From Nitrospirota bacterium (GTDB taxonomy: Bacteria; Nitrospirota; UBA9217): a stretch of DNA of 64,000 nt. The DNA is taken from the NCBI GenBank assembly GCA_963751455.1, contig CAVVUN010000006.1, positions 64,001 to 128,000 on the forward strand, read 5' to 3'. Below, in pieces: positions 51,343 through 61,733 of the stretch; the stretch's first letter is position 1, and every line of letters begins with the position of its first letter. The notes under the pieces are model-generated. The model was not told where the DNA came from, did not search any database, and saw nothing but the letters and a program-made list of their open reading frames with translations. Both the position numbers and the translations under genes were made by a program.

Positions 51343-52049
51343 TTATTTTGATTTCGGGTCCCAGAAAGGACTGCCCCCGGTAATCTCTTTGAGCCTCTGC
51401 AGAAACAACGGTGCATATTCCGGGCTGGAAGAGATATAGCTGTTGCTCAACCTCGCGCTGTGCCGGGGTGTGCTCATAATGGACATGACAGCGGAAAGCG
51501 GAAGGATCGCTTCTTCCGTTCCAAGGCGAAACCCTGACCACGCTCGTGCATCTCTTCCGACCGGAAGAGATGGATGCGGCTTCAGGCAAGGGGCCAGTTC
51601 TGGGCCCAGTGCTTGATGGGGATATCGACGTAGCTGACAATTCTGTCGGGAGAAGCGCTTTCGATCACGCCGTCCCGGACGACCACGTGTATGTGTTCAT
51701 TGCAGTCAAGACAAAGCGCTTCGATTTCGACTCTTTTACCCGGGAATACCCAGCAGACCGCCAGGGCTTCAAAGCCTCATTGCGCGAACCATTTCTGTTG
51801 GCCATCGACCGTAATACGGTAATGCGTGGGCACATTGTTGAACGGGGCAAAGGATTCGATGAGCTCGGTCCCGTGAGAAAGCCACATCGCCATTCCGAGG
51901 CCCATGAGCTCATGAAGGAGCTCTTTCCCTTCGTCAGGAGCCACACCGAATTCTTTCGCGATTTCGGTGTAATGCGGCCCCAAACCGCGCTTCACAAATG
52001 TTTCCAGGATGAAATGATACGCCCGGTCGAGCTGCTGCTTATCCGTCAT
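51343..52049 (-). CDS. MerB-like organometallic lyase; predicted double selenoprotein (TGA 51779-51777 and 51584-51582) with a 1-nt frameshift near 51551
   Basis: N-terminal winged HTH, 'FAPFNNVPTHYRITVDGQQKWFAQ-U-GFEALA', 'CLDCNEHI', 'NWPLA-U-SRIHLFRSEE'; +1 nt restores HARAWSGF...SPFWDPKSK*. Confidence 0.8.
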
Positions 52050-52104
52050 GACTTCTCTTTCATTAAGGGACAATCCCTATTCCCTACTCCTCTGTTTAAC
52101 TGAT

Positions 52105-52626
52105 TCAATCAAAGTGAAAAGGACTCAGATAATCATTAAGCTTCTGCCTGCCCGGCTCGTCAAGAGGGCCGCATCGGTCAGCGCCCATTGCACCGGTTGC
52201 GGCAAGAGCGGCAAAGGCCATGCACGTCGGCTGCCCGCATTGCCGGCAGTTGGTGCGAGGGAGAAGCTTGTAGATCGTCAGGGGATGCGCCTTTCCCGCT
52301 CCGTCGAATTTCGGCACAATGGAACCGCGGTTTTGCCATGCCTCGTTGATCTGGCCCTTGATCCACTCAAGCACGCTCTGCGCCTCTGCCTCGTCGCGCA
52401 GGGCGTTCACCGCGATCTTACGGGCGTGTATCGTCAGGAGCTTTCCGTTCATCTTGAACGTCAGTGACGGCGGTTCCTTGATGAACGTGTCACCGCCCAG
52501 CACCGCGTTAAGATAAGGCAGCACTTCGCCGACGTCCTGATCGAGATGGGCTATGCAATGGAGAGACTGAAAATGCGAATTACAGGTTGGGAGAAAGATC
52601 TCCGTCCGATACCCTTTAAGCAGCAT
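52105..52626 (-). CDS. (Fe-S)-binding protein
   Basis: 'EVLPYLNA' N-domain; C-terminal 'LPRTNCRQCGQPTCMAFA...C' 4Fe-4S motif. Confidence 0.85.
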   Translation of the reverse strand: MLLKGYRTEIFLPTCNSHFQSLHCIAHLDQDVGEVLPYLNAVLGGDTFIKEPPSLTFKMNGKLLTIHARKIAVNALRDEAEAQSVLEWIKGQINEAWQNRGSIVPKFDGAGKAHPLTIYKLLPRTNCRQCGQPTCMAFAALAATGAMGADRCGPLDEPGRQKLNDYLSPFHFD

Positions 52627-52638
52627 GGCGGCCCCTCC

Positions 52639-52896
52639 TCAAGCGCAGCACGAGCTTCCTGTGGGGCAGCAGCGTTCCGGCTTGATCGGGCCGAAAAGAG
52701 TCTCCGCGAATTCCTTGTTTTTTCTGCCGGCGCCCTCCCTGACCGCTTCAGCCGCCCGGATAGCGGACTGCATCTCCTCCCGGGTGAGGCCTGCCTCGCT
52801 TGCCTTTTTCTTGTGATACTCCATGCAGGGGCGGCAATTCAGGGCGTAAGCCGCGCCGAGCGCTGCCATTTCTTCTAATTTTTTTTCCATGGGCAT
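52639..52896 (-). CDS. Small CMD/AhpD-like protein with Cys-rich tail
   Basis: 'ALGAAYALNCRPCMEYH..KA..AG.T.EE'; tail RCCPTGSSCCA. Confidence 0.8.
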   Translation of the reverse strand: MPMEKKLEEMAALGAAYALNCRPCMEYHKKKASEAGLTREEMQSAIRAAEAVREGAGRKNKEFAETLFGPIKPERCCPTGSSCCA

Positions 52897-52911
52897 ATCC
52901 TCCTACCCTGT

Positions 52912-52939
52912 AAGACGGAAGCACCGGGGAAAAGGATAC
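52912..52939 (-). promoter_or_regulatory. Putative ECF-sigma promoter for the CMD-FeS-MerB-like genes
   Basis: Minus strand GTATCC-N16-CGTCT just upstream of the AGGAGG RBS. Confidence 0.5.
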
Positions 52940-52946
52940 GCCTTAT

Positions 52947-53546
52947 TTACATTTTTATAACTATTTTTCGATCGCAGGCCAGCTCGTTCCGGTCATCGCG
53001 GTAGAATTGGCACTGGGCTCCCAGTTCTTTCCTGAGCCTTGCCCGGGCACGGTGAATCCTGATCTTGACGGCATCGAGGGAGAGGCCGAGCACGTCCGCG
53101 ATCTCGGCGTTCGTAAAGCCCTCCAGGTCGCTCAACACCAGCACCGCGCGGTAGTTGTCCGGCAGCCTGTTCACGATACCCTGGATGCATTCGTTCATGT
53201 CCTTCCGAATCAAAAGCGCATCGAGGAGGGGCGCATCGTTCTGCAAAACAGCGGGCGGCTCGTCTGCTTCAAGATCGACGTCCTTGTCCAGGTGCGCACG
53301 GCTGGAGGAACTGCTCCGCACATGGTCCATGGCCGCGTTAGTCGCTATCCGGTAGATCCATGTCGAGAGCTGCGACTCTCCGCGAAAGCCGGCCAGCCCT
53401 GCATTCACCTTCACGAAGACCTCCTGTGCTACATCCTCGGCCTCGGACTCGCCAACGATACGCCTCAGATATCCGACTATCTTCGGGTAATACGTTGAGT
53501 AAATTCCTGGAAAATCTGTGACATCATTAGTCATATACCTCTCCAT
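52947..53546 (-). CDS. ECF sigma factor with C-terminal Cys pair
   Basis: 'AEDVAQEVF', 'STWIYRIATN', region 4 'EIADVLG...VKIRIHRAR'; tail CQFYRDDRNELAC; no adjacent anti-sigma. Confidence 0.92.
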   Translation of the reverse strand: MERYMTNDVTDFPGIYSTYYPKIVGYLRRIVGESEAEDVAQEVFVKVNAGLAGFRGESQLSTWIYRIATNAAMDHVRSSSSSRAHLDKDVDLEADEPPAVLQNDAPLLDALLIRKDMNECIQGIVNRLPDNYRAVLVLSDLEGFTNAEIADVLGLSLDAVKIRIHRARARLRKELGAQCQFYRDDRNELACDRKIVIKM

Positions 53547-53796
53547 GTCAAATCCTGGGAGTACGTTTTAATCATTAAGTAAACTTGCCGGAACGTTTTT
53601 CGGGCCCGCTGGAAAGTACCTCGAGAATATCGGATTTTGGAGAAGGGGACAAGGGAAAACAGCAGACGGAGAGGCGACATGGAACAGACCGAGAAGCAAC
53701 GGGAGCGAGGGAAAGGCGACCGTCGTTGAACTCACCTGCCTCCAAAAGTCTCTGCGTTATAATTCAGTATTGAGTGTGAAAGCCACGGAGGTTATT

Positions 53797-54267
53797 ATGG
53801 ACGGCAGAGGAAAAAATTATTCGCGTTCCGATAAAGCGGTCCTCATCTATGATGGGAACTGCCCGATCTGCAGCAACACCGTCTCATGGATAATAAAGCA
53901 TGAGCAGAAGGACGCCTTCGAGATGCTGCCCTGTCAGTCCGAAGACAGGAAAAAGCGTTATTCCTTTATGGAAGAGGCAACGTGCATGCAGGCGATGCAG
54001 CTCGTTCTTCCCGGCGGCAGTGTGCTCGCCGGCGAAAATGCTCTCCCGGAGATCCTCAAACGGCTTAAGCGATACCGTGCTGCTGCAGGATTGTCAAGTG
54101 CCCAGCGCTTACGAGTGCCTAGCGCGAGTGCAGGGTATCAACTGCCCGGATCGAAGACCATCGCCCGCGCCTTCTATCGCTGGTTTGCCAAACACAGATA
54201 CCATATCGCGAAGGTGCTGTTCCGGCATGAAAACGACCCGCATCATCATGGGAAAAAAGCGGCGTAA
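53797..54267 (+). CDS. DCC-family (DUF393) thiol-disulfide oxidoreductase
   Basis: 'LIYDGNCPIC', 'YRWFAKHRY'. Confidence 0.85.
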   Translation: MDGRGKNYSRSDKAVLIYDGNCPICSNTVSWIIKHEQKDAFEMLPCQSEDRKKRYSFMEEATCMQAMQLVLPGGSVLAGENALPEILKRLKRYRAAAGLSSAQRLRVPSASAGYQLPGSKTIARAFYRWFAKHRYHIAKVLFRHENDPHHHGKKAA

Positions 54268-54477
54268 GTGAAGCCTGTCCTCCGACCTGGATAGTGCCCG
54301 CTTGCTTTTGCCGGCATTTTTTTCCATGCGGTCCTCCTTCAGTTCAGACCCGGGTCTTCGAAGGCCGCGGCTTGGGAGGTTTCGGTTTTGGAGGTGGAGG
54401 TTTGGGAGGACCTCCCGGCTTCCGCGGCGGGCTCTCCTTCGGCGTTCGCTTTGTCGCAGCTAACATAGTTTTTTCCC

Positions 54478-55629
54478 TTACCGACTCCGATTCTTTTCAA
54501 GGCCTCCGAGTTCCATTTTTGCGGCAAAAAACCGCAATATATCATTCCGCGTTACAATACCCTCAAGGCGATCCTCTTGAACCACCATGAGTTTATCGTT
54601 TCCGGCCTTATCCATCAGCCTGAGGGCCTTCATTGCATCCATGTCAGGGGGAATGGTGTTCTCGGGCGTGCATTTCTGAACAAGTTCGCCGACTCTCTTC
54701 ATGTCTCTTTGCTCCGGGGGAATGTTCTTGACCCGGTCCATTGTTATGCATCCCGAGAGCTTTTCCTGCTCTGTAACCGGAAACATCTTGTGATGATATT
54801 TATAAAAGTAATCCTCGAGGAATTGGCTGATTGATGCGGAAGGCGGAACCGAAACAGGATTTTTTTTCAGGAATCGCCGCACCGTTTCTCCCTCAAGCAT
54901 CTTCTGCAGCAACACTTGATGATAGGAAATCTGAGAGGCGCTGCGGATGAACATGCCGATCAGTAAAAGCCATACGCCTCCTACCGGGTTGCCGCGGAAG
55001 AGCTCCAGGATGCCGACGATAATCAGAAAGAGGCCGAAACCGGACCCGATCGCTGATGCGATCCTTGTTGCCCACCGAATGTTGCCCTTCCATCTCCAGA
55101 GTGCTGAGCGAAGAACACGTCCGCCGTCCATGGGGAATGCGGGGATCAGATTGAACGCTGCAAGAATTAAATTAATATTCGAAAGGTAGACGATGACACC
55201 CCTCACCGCTGCCGGCAGCTCTTGTCCGATAAGCAGCGCAATTCCATAGAAAATAAAACCGAGAAGAATGCTCGAAAGCGGGCCGGCAATCGCCATAAAA
55301 AACTCGATCTTCGGGCTCTGCGGCTGGCCTTCCATCTCAGCAATGCCGCCGAAGACAAAGAGTGTGATTCCCTTCATCTGGAGTCCGTATTTCCTTGCTA
55401 CAATCGAGTGGAAGAATTCATGAAAAATAATCGAAGCAAAGAGACCGATGGCGCCTGCAATACCCATCCACCAGTAGGTTCCGACGGAGAGGCCTTTATA
55501 CAAAGAGGGAAAAACGCCCAGTGCAAGCGTAAACGTGATGAGCAGTGCGATGATCAGCCAGCTCGCATCGATTTTCACCTCGAATCCGAACAACGTGAAT
55601 AGTTTTATGCCTCTGCCGAACATAAGCAT
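54478..55629 (-). CDS. Site-2 protease (M50) with CBS pair
   Basis: HEFFH, AGP, FNLIPAFPMDGGR, two CBS domains. Confidence 0.93.
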   Translation of the reverse strand: MLMFGRGIKLFTLFGFEVKIDASWLIIALLITFTLALGVFPSLYKGLSVGTYWWMGIAGAIGLFASIIFHEFFHSIVARKYGLQMKGITLFVFGGIAEMEGQPQSPKIEFFMAIAGPLSSILLGFIFYGIALLIGQELPAAVRGVIVYLSNINLILAAFNLIPAFPMDGGRVLRSALWRWKGNIRWATRIASAIGSGFGLFLIIVGILELFRGNPVGGVWLLLIGMFIRSASQISYHQVLLQKMLEGETVRRFLKKNPVSVPPSASISQFLEDYFYKYHHKMFPVTEQEKLSGCITMDRVKNIPPEQRDMKRVGELVQKCTPENTIPPDMDAMKALRLMDKAGNDKLMVVQEDRLEGIVTRNDILRFFAAKMELGGLEKNRSR

Positions 55630-55874
55630 CACCCCCGCTCTCTGATTACCTTGTTTGACCTGCACCAACTATTCGTATTACTGTTTCATTTTCCTGCCTG
55701 TTTAGGTTAATTGTAGCACGATACTACTGGTGCCCCGACTATGACAGCCCTTCCTCGTATTACTTTACCTTCAAATGAAGCGGTTAATACATTGAGCCCA
55801 CTTGACCGGTTTATGATACGCGCTAAATTGAATCATAAGGGTGGGGTAGACATCCCCAAAATTGGAGGTAGCTA

Positions 55875-56288
55875 ATGAAAATCAATTCAGGAATTTTAGG
55901 CGTAATCGCGTCACTAGTACTTTTCGTTGCCTTCGCCTACGCGCAACAGGGCGGCGGACAGCAAGGTACCATGCCGGATCAGAGAAGCCAGAGCGGTGCT
56001 CAGCAGCAGATGGACCTTTCGCAGGACCCTCAAACAGTAAAGCAGGTCCAGCAGGCATTGAGCGCTCAAGGCTTCGATCCGGGTCCTGCGGACGGAAAAT
56101 GGAAAACTAAAACGGAAAGCGCGCTGATGCTGTTCCAGGAGGCACAAGGCATGCAGGCAACCGGGCAGCTCGATCAGCAAACCCTTGCATCACTCGGAAT
56201 CTCAGGAGCAGCGGCCGGTGGACAAAAAGGGGACATGACAGACCAGCAGCGCGCCACGCCGGATCAGCAGGGCGGCAGCAAATACTGA
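55875..56288 (+). CDS. Secreted peptidoglycan-binding-domain protein
   Basis: Signal peptide; 'VQQAL...GFDPGPADG......AL..FQ...G...TG.LD..TL..LG'. Confidence 0.85.
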   Translation: MKINSGILGVIASLVLFVAFAYAQQGGGQQGTMPDQRSQSGAQQQMDLSQDPQTVKQVQQALSAQGFDPGPADGKWKTKTESALMLFQEAQGMQATGQLDQQTLASLGISGAAAGGQKGDMTDQQRATPDQQGGSKY

Positions 56289-56439
56289 TCCTCCGTCATC
56301 TGGCAGAGATTCAAAATTGAGATCCGTAATAACTCACTCGCCTTCAGGGTGGGGGTTTTTGTGGAGATTACTAGGCGAGTCATGCAAATATAAATTTCTG
56401 GCTTGGGCAACGTTTGCGAGCAGGCGCGGTCGCTTAATC

Positions 56440-56790
56440 CTCGACTTCCGTAGAGGATTCCAGTCGATTTTCCCAGAGGTGTCCGTCCAGGTCATGAAGT
56501 ACCCGGAGTACCCGCCCCAAAAACGGTCGTGCGCGGGATCAGTAATTTTGGCTTTTGCTTTTTCTGCTTGCCTCATCCGCGCGTCGACTTCCTGTTAGGA
56601 TTTAAAATATGGCCGATAGGAGATTTCTGCAGAACTCGGCTGGCCCAGAGAGATCTTTTCATCCTTGGCAAGCGGTTTTTGAATGCAGAGCCAATATGAG
56701 ATCGTCGTTCATATTGAAAAATACGACAGCGCCGTCCTCAAATCCCGTGCCGATTATCCCTTGTGCCGACGACCCCATTCCGTTAATTTC
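56440..56790 (-). pseudogene. Glyoxalase/VOC-family pseudogene, boundaries approximate
   Basis: Fragments in different frames: QGIIGTGFEDGAVVFFNMNDDLILAL, AKITDPAHDRFWGGYSGYF, DLDGHLWE, WNP. Confidence 0.7.
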
Positions 56791-56824
56791 AAATTTTTTT
56801 TTGCGGCATATAACTTATCAATGA

Positions 56825-57907
<1,083 letters not shown>

Positions 57908-57984
57908 CCGAGGAATTGCGTGCAGGCAAACTCAAGCTGTTATTTTCGAAGTCCATTTCCGCTGTGTCCCCGAGCAACTCCGCC

Positions 57985-58908
57985 TCACGCTGCCTTGAGC
58001 ACCAGCTTCCCGCTCACCTGTTCGGTCTCGCTCTCCGCGAGCGCGTCCCTTGCATGGTCCAGAGTGAATACTTTCTTTACGGCGATTTTGATCCTGCCCT
58101 CTTCAATCCGCTCCTTCATCCATTGCATATCCTCTTGCGTTGGACCGCCGGAGACCGTTTTGGCCTGCTTGCCTTGTTCCTGAGTCGGGCCGCTGATCGG
58201 GAGGGTACTTACGTACACACCGTTGTCGGTAAGGGCGTCTTTACATTCCGCAAAGCTTCTCTTCGTTACTGCATCGAAGATGATATCGTATTTTTCGCCG
58301 CCCCTGGTAAAGTCCTCTTTTGTATAGTCGCTTACCTTGTCCGCGCCCAGGCTCCTTACAAAATCCGCATGGACCGATTTATTGATCGCGGTCACCTCTG
58401 CGCCGAATACTTTGGCAATCTGAACCGCGAAATGTCCGACTCCGCCGGCAGCGCCGATGATGGCGACTTTCATGCCCTTTTTGATCGCGCCCGCATCCCT
58501 TAAGGACCTGAGCGCGGTGAGGCCCGCGATCGGTATGGTGGCCGCTTCCTCAAACGTGATGTTTTCCGGCTTCGGATATACGTTTTGCTCGGGCGCCGAC
58601 ACGTATTCTGCAAAAGACCCGAGGCTGATGACATTCAGGACTGCAACGACATGGTCGCCCTGTTTAAAGCGCGTGACGTTCCTGCCCGTCTCCTTCACTT
58701 CGCCGCTGCATTCCCTGCCGAGCGGAAGAGGAAACTTCTTTCCCAGCGCGCTCTTCATCATGCCCTGCCGGATCTTCCAGTCCGCAGGATTGACGCTTGC
58801 CGCCCGTACCGTGATCAGCACTTCCCCGGGCCCGGCAATCGGATTCGGCATGTCTCTCACCTCGACCACATCGTTCCCGCCGTATTTATTTATGACAACA
58901 GCTTTCAT
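57985..58908 (-). CDS. NADP-dependent MDR (quinone-reductase-like) oxidoreductase
   Basis: 'AASVNPADWK', 'GAAGGVGHFAVQIAK', 'GKLVL'. Confidence 0.92.
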   Translation of the reverse strand: MKAVVINKYGGNDVVEVRDMPNPIAGPGEVLITVRAASVNPADWKIRQGMMKSALGKKFPLPLGRECSGEVKETGRNVTRFKQGDHVVAVLNVISLGSFAEYVSAPEQNVYPKPENITFEEAATIPIAGLTALRSLRDAGAIKKGMKVAIIGAAGGVGHFAVQIAKVFGAEVTAINKSVHADFVRSLGADKVSDYTKEDFTRGGEKYDIIFDAVTKRSFAECKDALTDNGVYVSTLPISGPTQEQGKQAKTVSGGPTQEDMQWMKERIEEGRIKIAVKKVFTLDHARDALAESETEQVSGKLVLKAA

Positions 58909-59187
58909 GACTTGTCCTTCCTTTTCAGTATCTGCATACTGTTGAATTTTTCTTCATGTCCAATTTAATTGTAGCACGATAAGGTCCACGCCATAACCGC
59001 ACGCGGATTCATCCGAATCCGGTAGATCCGGCTCGCCTCAAAACGGTAGGGCTGAACTAAAGTCCAATTGACTGCCTGTGAACATGATGGTAACTTTATA
59101 TGTATAGGCGAATGGCGCGGATCATCAGCGGATGAAGCAAGGGTCCGGTCGGCGCCATAGCCGGGCAGAGGAGAAGCTATATTATGG

Positions 59188-59346
59188 ATAACTACTCAGG
59201 TCATTTTTTTATCCGCAGATTACGCAGATTTCGCAGATAAAAACAAAACCAGAATTCCGGTTTTAGAATCTGCGTCAATCTGCGAAATCTGCGGATAGAA
59301 GGGCGATTTGTCTTAATGCCGTTCTGAAAAGAAGCTGAATGGTTAC
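59188..59346. mobile_element. MITE family B copy
   Basis: ATAACTACTCAG...CTGAATGGTTAC; near-identical to 40785-40952; no TSD retained. Confidence 0.8.
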
Positions 59347-59413
59347 CCGGTTTTTAGAGCGCCATAACTACAGCACCTTCTATTCGTATATCGCCCTAAA
59401 AAAGGAGCACCTT

Positions 59414-60406
59414 ATGATACGGGGAAAATCAATAATTCTCGCAAATCTCCTTGCTCTCCTGTTTGCAATGAGCGCAGTTGGAGCGGAAAAAGTCTCGATA
59501 AAAGAATGGGACCTGCCGACGCCCAAATCCTTTCCTCACGATCCGGCTGTCGGGACTGATGCTTCGCTCTGGTATACCGGCATGGCGTCCAACACTCTCG
59601 GGAGACTAGGTCCGTCAACAGGCACGATCAAGGAGTATCATCTGAAAACGCCTGATTCCGGACCGCACGGGCTGACCTCGGACAACAAGGGAAACATCTG
59701 GTTCACTGCAAATTTCAAAGCCTATATCGGCAGACTTGATCCGCAGACGGGCGACGTTGCCGAATATCCCATGCCTGACCGGGCAGCACGGGACCCGCAC
59801 TCCCTGGTTTTCGACAGCGCAGGCATTCTCTGGTTTACTGTCCAGGAAGGCAACTTTATCGGACGGCTCGACCCTAAAACCGGGGTCATTATCCTGAAAC
59901 CATCTCCAACATCCGATTCAAGGCCCTACGGGATCGCCGTTAACTCCAAAGGAGTCCCCTTCTACTGCGAATTCGGGAGCAACAAGATTGGGAGAATTGA
60001 TCCCGGAACCATGAAGATCACTGAATACCTTCTGCCGGAGGGCGCGCGGCCGCGGCGATTGGCAATCACACGTAACGATATTATTTTCTATACTGATCAT
60101 GAGCGAGGATATCTCGGCAGGCTGGACCCGAAGACCGGCAACGTCCGGGAGTGGCCGTCTCCGGGAGCAGAAGACTCTCAGCCCTACGGCATTGCAATTA
60201 CGCCGGACGGCATGGTGTGGTACAGCGAATCCGGTGTACAGCCGAACACGATTGTACGTTTCCGTCCTGAAACAATGCACTTTGAGAAATGGGAGATTCC
60301 TTCAGGCGGCGGTGTGGTCCGCAATATGGCGGCAACTCCAGGCGGCGATGTTTATATCGCGTGCAGCGGTGTCAACAAAGTAGGAATCGTTCGAGTCGAA
60401 CGCTGA
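59414..60406 (+). CDS. Secreted Vgb (virginiamycin B lyase)-like beta-propeller
   Basis: Signal peptide; repeated 'P..l....G.iWft......igrlDP.tG...ey.lP' blades. Confidence 0.85.
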   Translation: MIRGKSIILANLLALLFAMSAVGAEKVSIKEWDLPTPKSFPHDPAVGTDASLWYTGMASNTLGRLGPSTGTIKEYHLKTPDSGPHGLTSDNKGNIWFTANFKAYIGRLDPQTGDVAEYPMPDRAARDPHSLVFDSAGILWFTVQEGNFIGRLDPKTGVIILKPSPTSDSRPYGIAVNSKGVPFYCEFGSNKIGRIDPGTMKITEYLLPEGARPRRLAITRNDIIFYTDHERGYLGRLDPKTGNVREWPSPGAEDSQPYGIAITPDGMVWYSESGVQPNTIVRFRPETMHFEKWEIPSGGGVVRNMAATPGGDVYIACSGVNKVGIVRVER

Positions 60407-60473
60407 TGCAAGTTTAGTCCCGCGCGGATAAATACTAACGATGACAACATAGCGGAGAATTTCTTTTCTACAT

Positions 60474-61733
60474 CTATTCCTGCCTTGCCTCTGCAAAGAC
60501 CGGGAAGATCCTGCTGATCACCCAGAACAATGCAAAGGGCATGATGAAAATGATCACTGCGCCGAACAGGCCCTCTTTGAACGTCTCCCAGTCATGCGGC
60601 ACAACGGGAATTACATAGTCCATGTAGCCGGCAAAAGTGAGCGAAAATGCCTGTCCGCCGATCACAACGTTATACCGCATCATGAAAACGCCGAACAGCA
60701 CCAGCAGAACAGCGACCACGGTCCTGCGTATCGTCAGATTCGGAATCACCAATAGGATGAGCGGTACCAGGTTCCCAAGGCCGTACTGGAGGACGAATAT
60801 CTTGGTGAAGTCACGCTCGTAGATGACGCTCCGCAGCACGTCCCAGGATTTGACCGCGGTATAACTGCGGAAGATAAGGTCAAGAAGCTCAAGACTGATA
60901 GCCGCGATCAGGAAAAAGAGCAGATACCGTGCGGTTATCCGTATGACGTGTAATTCGACGCCATTTATCTCCTCCTGCGATTGGAACGTGCCGAGCGCAG
61001 CTTTTTTCCGGGAAGACAGGATTATTTTGAGTTCCATGGCAATAATATACGTAAGCATGCACAGGGCGATCCCGGAAACTACAGCGGACATGATAAAGAT
61101 GACCGGCATGAGCGGTGTCATCCAAAGTGCGTTCGCCTTTACGGAACCGAAGATGAAGCCCGCGTACCCGTGGAGGAAGCACGCCACGGGAATCCCGATT
61201 CCCGCAAGGATCTTGATGGCCTTTTGGTCCCGGCGGAGGGACTCGTCGCTCACATCATATACGCCGAGTGTGAGGGTGCAGAAGATCAGATACCGAATCC
61301 ACTCGCCGGGGTTCTTGTCCTTCTTTTCCCTGAGCCCGAGGGAAACCTCCATAAAGTGCCTCCGGTATAGGAACCAGAGCTCGGATGCCACAATCGCGCC
61401 GTAGGCGAAGAAGACCACGCCGAAGGCCGCAATGGCTGAAGTAAAGTGCGGGGTCATGAATACATACACCCCACGAAGCGGAAACTTGAGGTGAAGGACA
61501 ACGGGCAAGGGCGCTATGAAAAGCAGGGCAAATGAAAACACGAGGGCGAACCGCGCCATGTCCTTGAGCTGCCCGATGCCGAAGACGTGGTAGAGCGACG
61601 AAAGCACAAAGGCGCCTGCTACGAGTCCCGTCATGAAGGGATACATCACGATCTGAATGCTCCAGTAGATATATTCATTGGGATACACGAACAGCTCTTT
61701 TATGGTCCAGACTTCGCCGTGTACCATGTTCAC
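60474..61733 (-). CDS. NrfD/PsrC-family membrane anchor
   Basis: 'WSIQIVMYPFMTGLVAGAF', 'LHL..PLRG', 'LHGYAGFIFG', multiple TMs. Confidence 0.9.
   Translation of the reverse strand: MNMVHGEVWTIKELFVYPNEYIYWSIQIVMYPFMTGLVAGAFVLSSLYHVFGIGQLKDMARFALVFSFALLFIAPLPVVLHLKFPLRGVYVFMTPHFTSAIAAFGVVFFAYGAIVASELWFLYRRHFMEVSLGLREKKDKNPGEWIRYLIFCTLTLGVYDVSDESLRRDQKAIKILAGIGIPVACFLHGYAGFIFGSVKANALWMTPLMPVIFIMSAVVSGIALCMLTYIIAMELKIILSSRKKAALGTFQSQEEINGVELHVIRITARYLLFFLIAAISLELLDLIFRSYTAVKSWDVLRSVIYERDFTKIFVLQYGLGNLVPLILLVIPNLTIRRTVVAVLLVLFGVFMMRYNVVIGGQAFSLTFAGYMDYVIPVVPHDWETFKEGLFGAVIIFIMPFALFWVISRIFPVFAEARQE

Noticed and set aside
59414-60406. Streptogramin resistance gene
   Set aside because: Vgb-like propellers with signal peptides are widespread; the fold alone does not support resistance.
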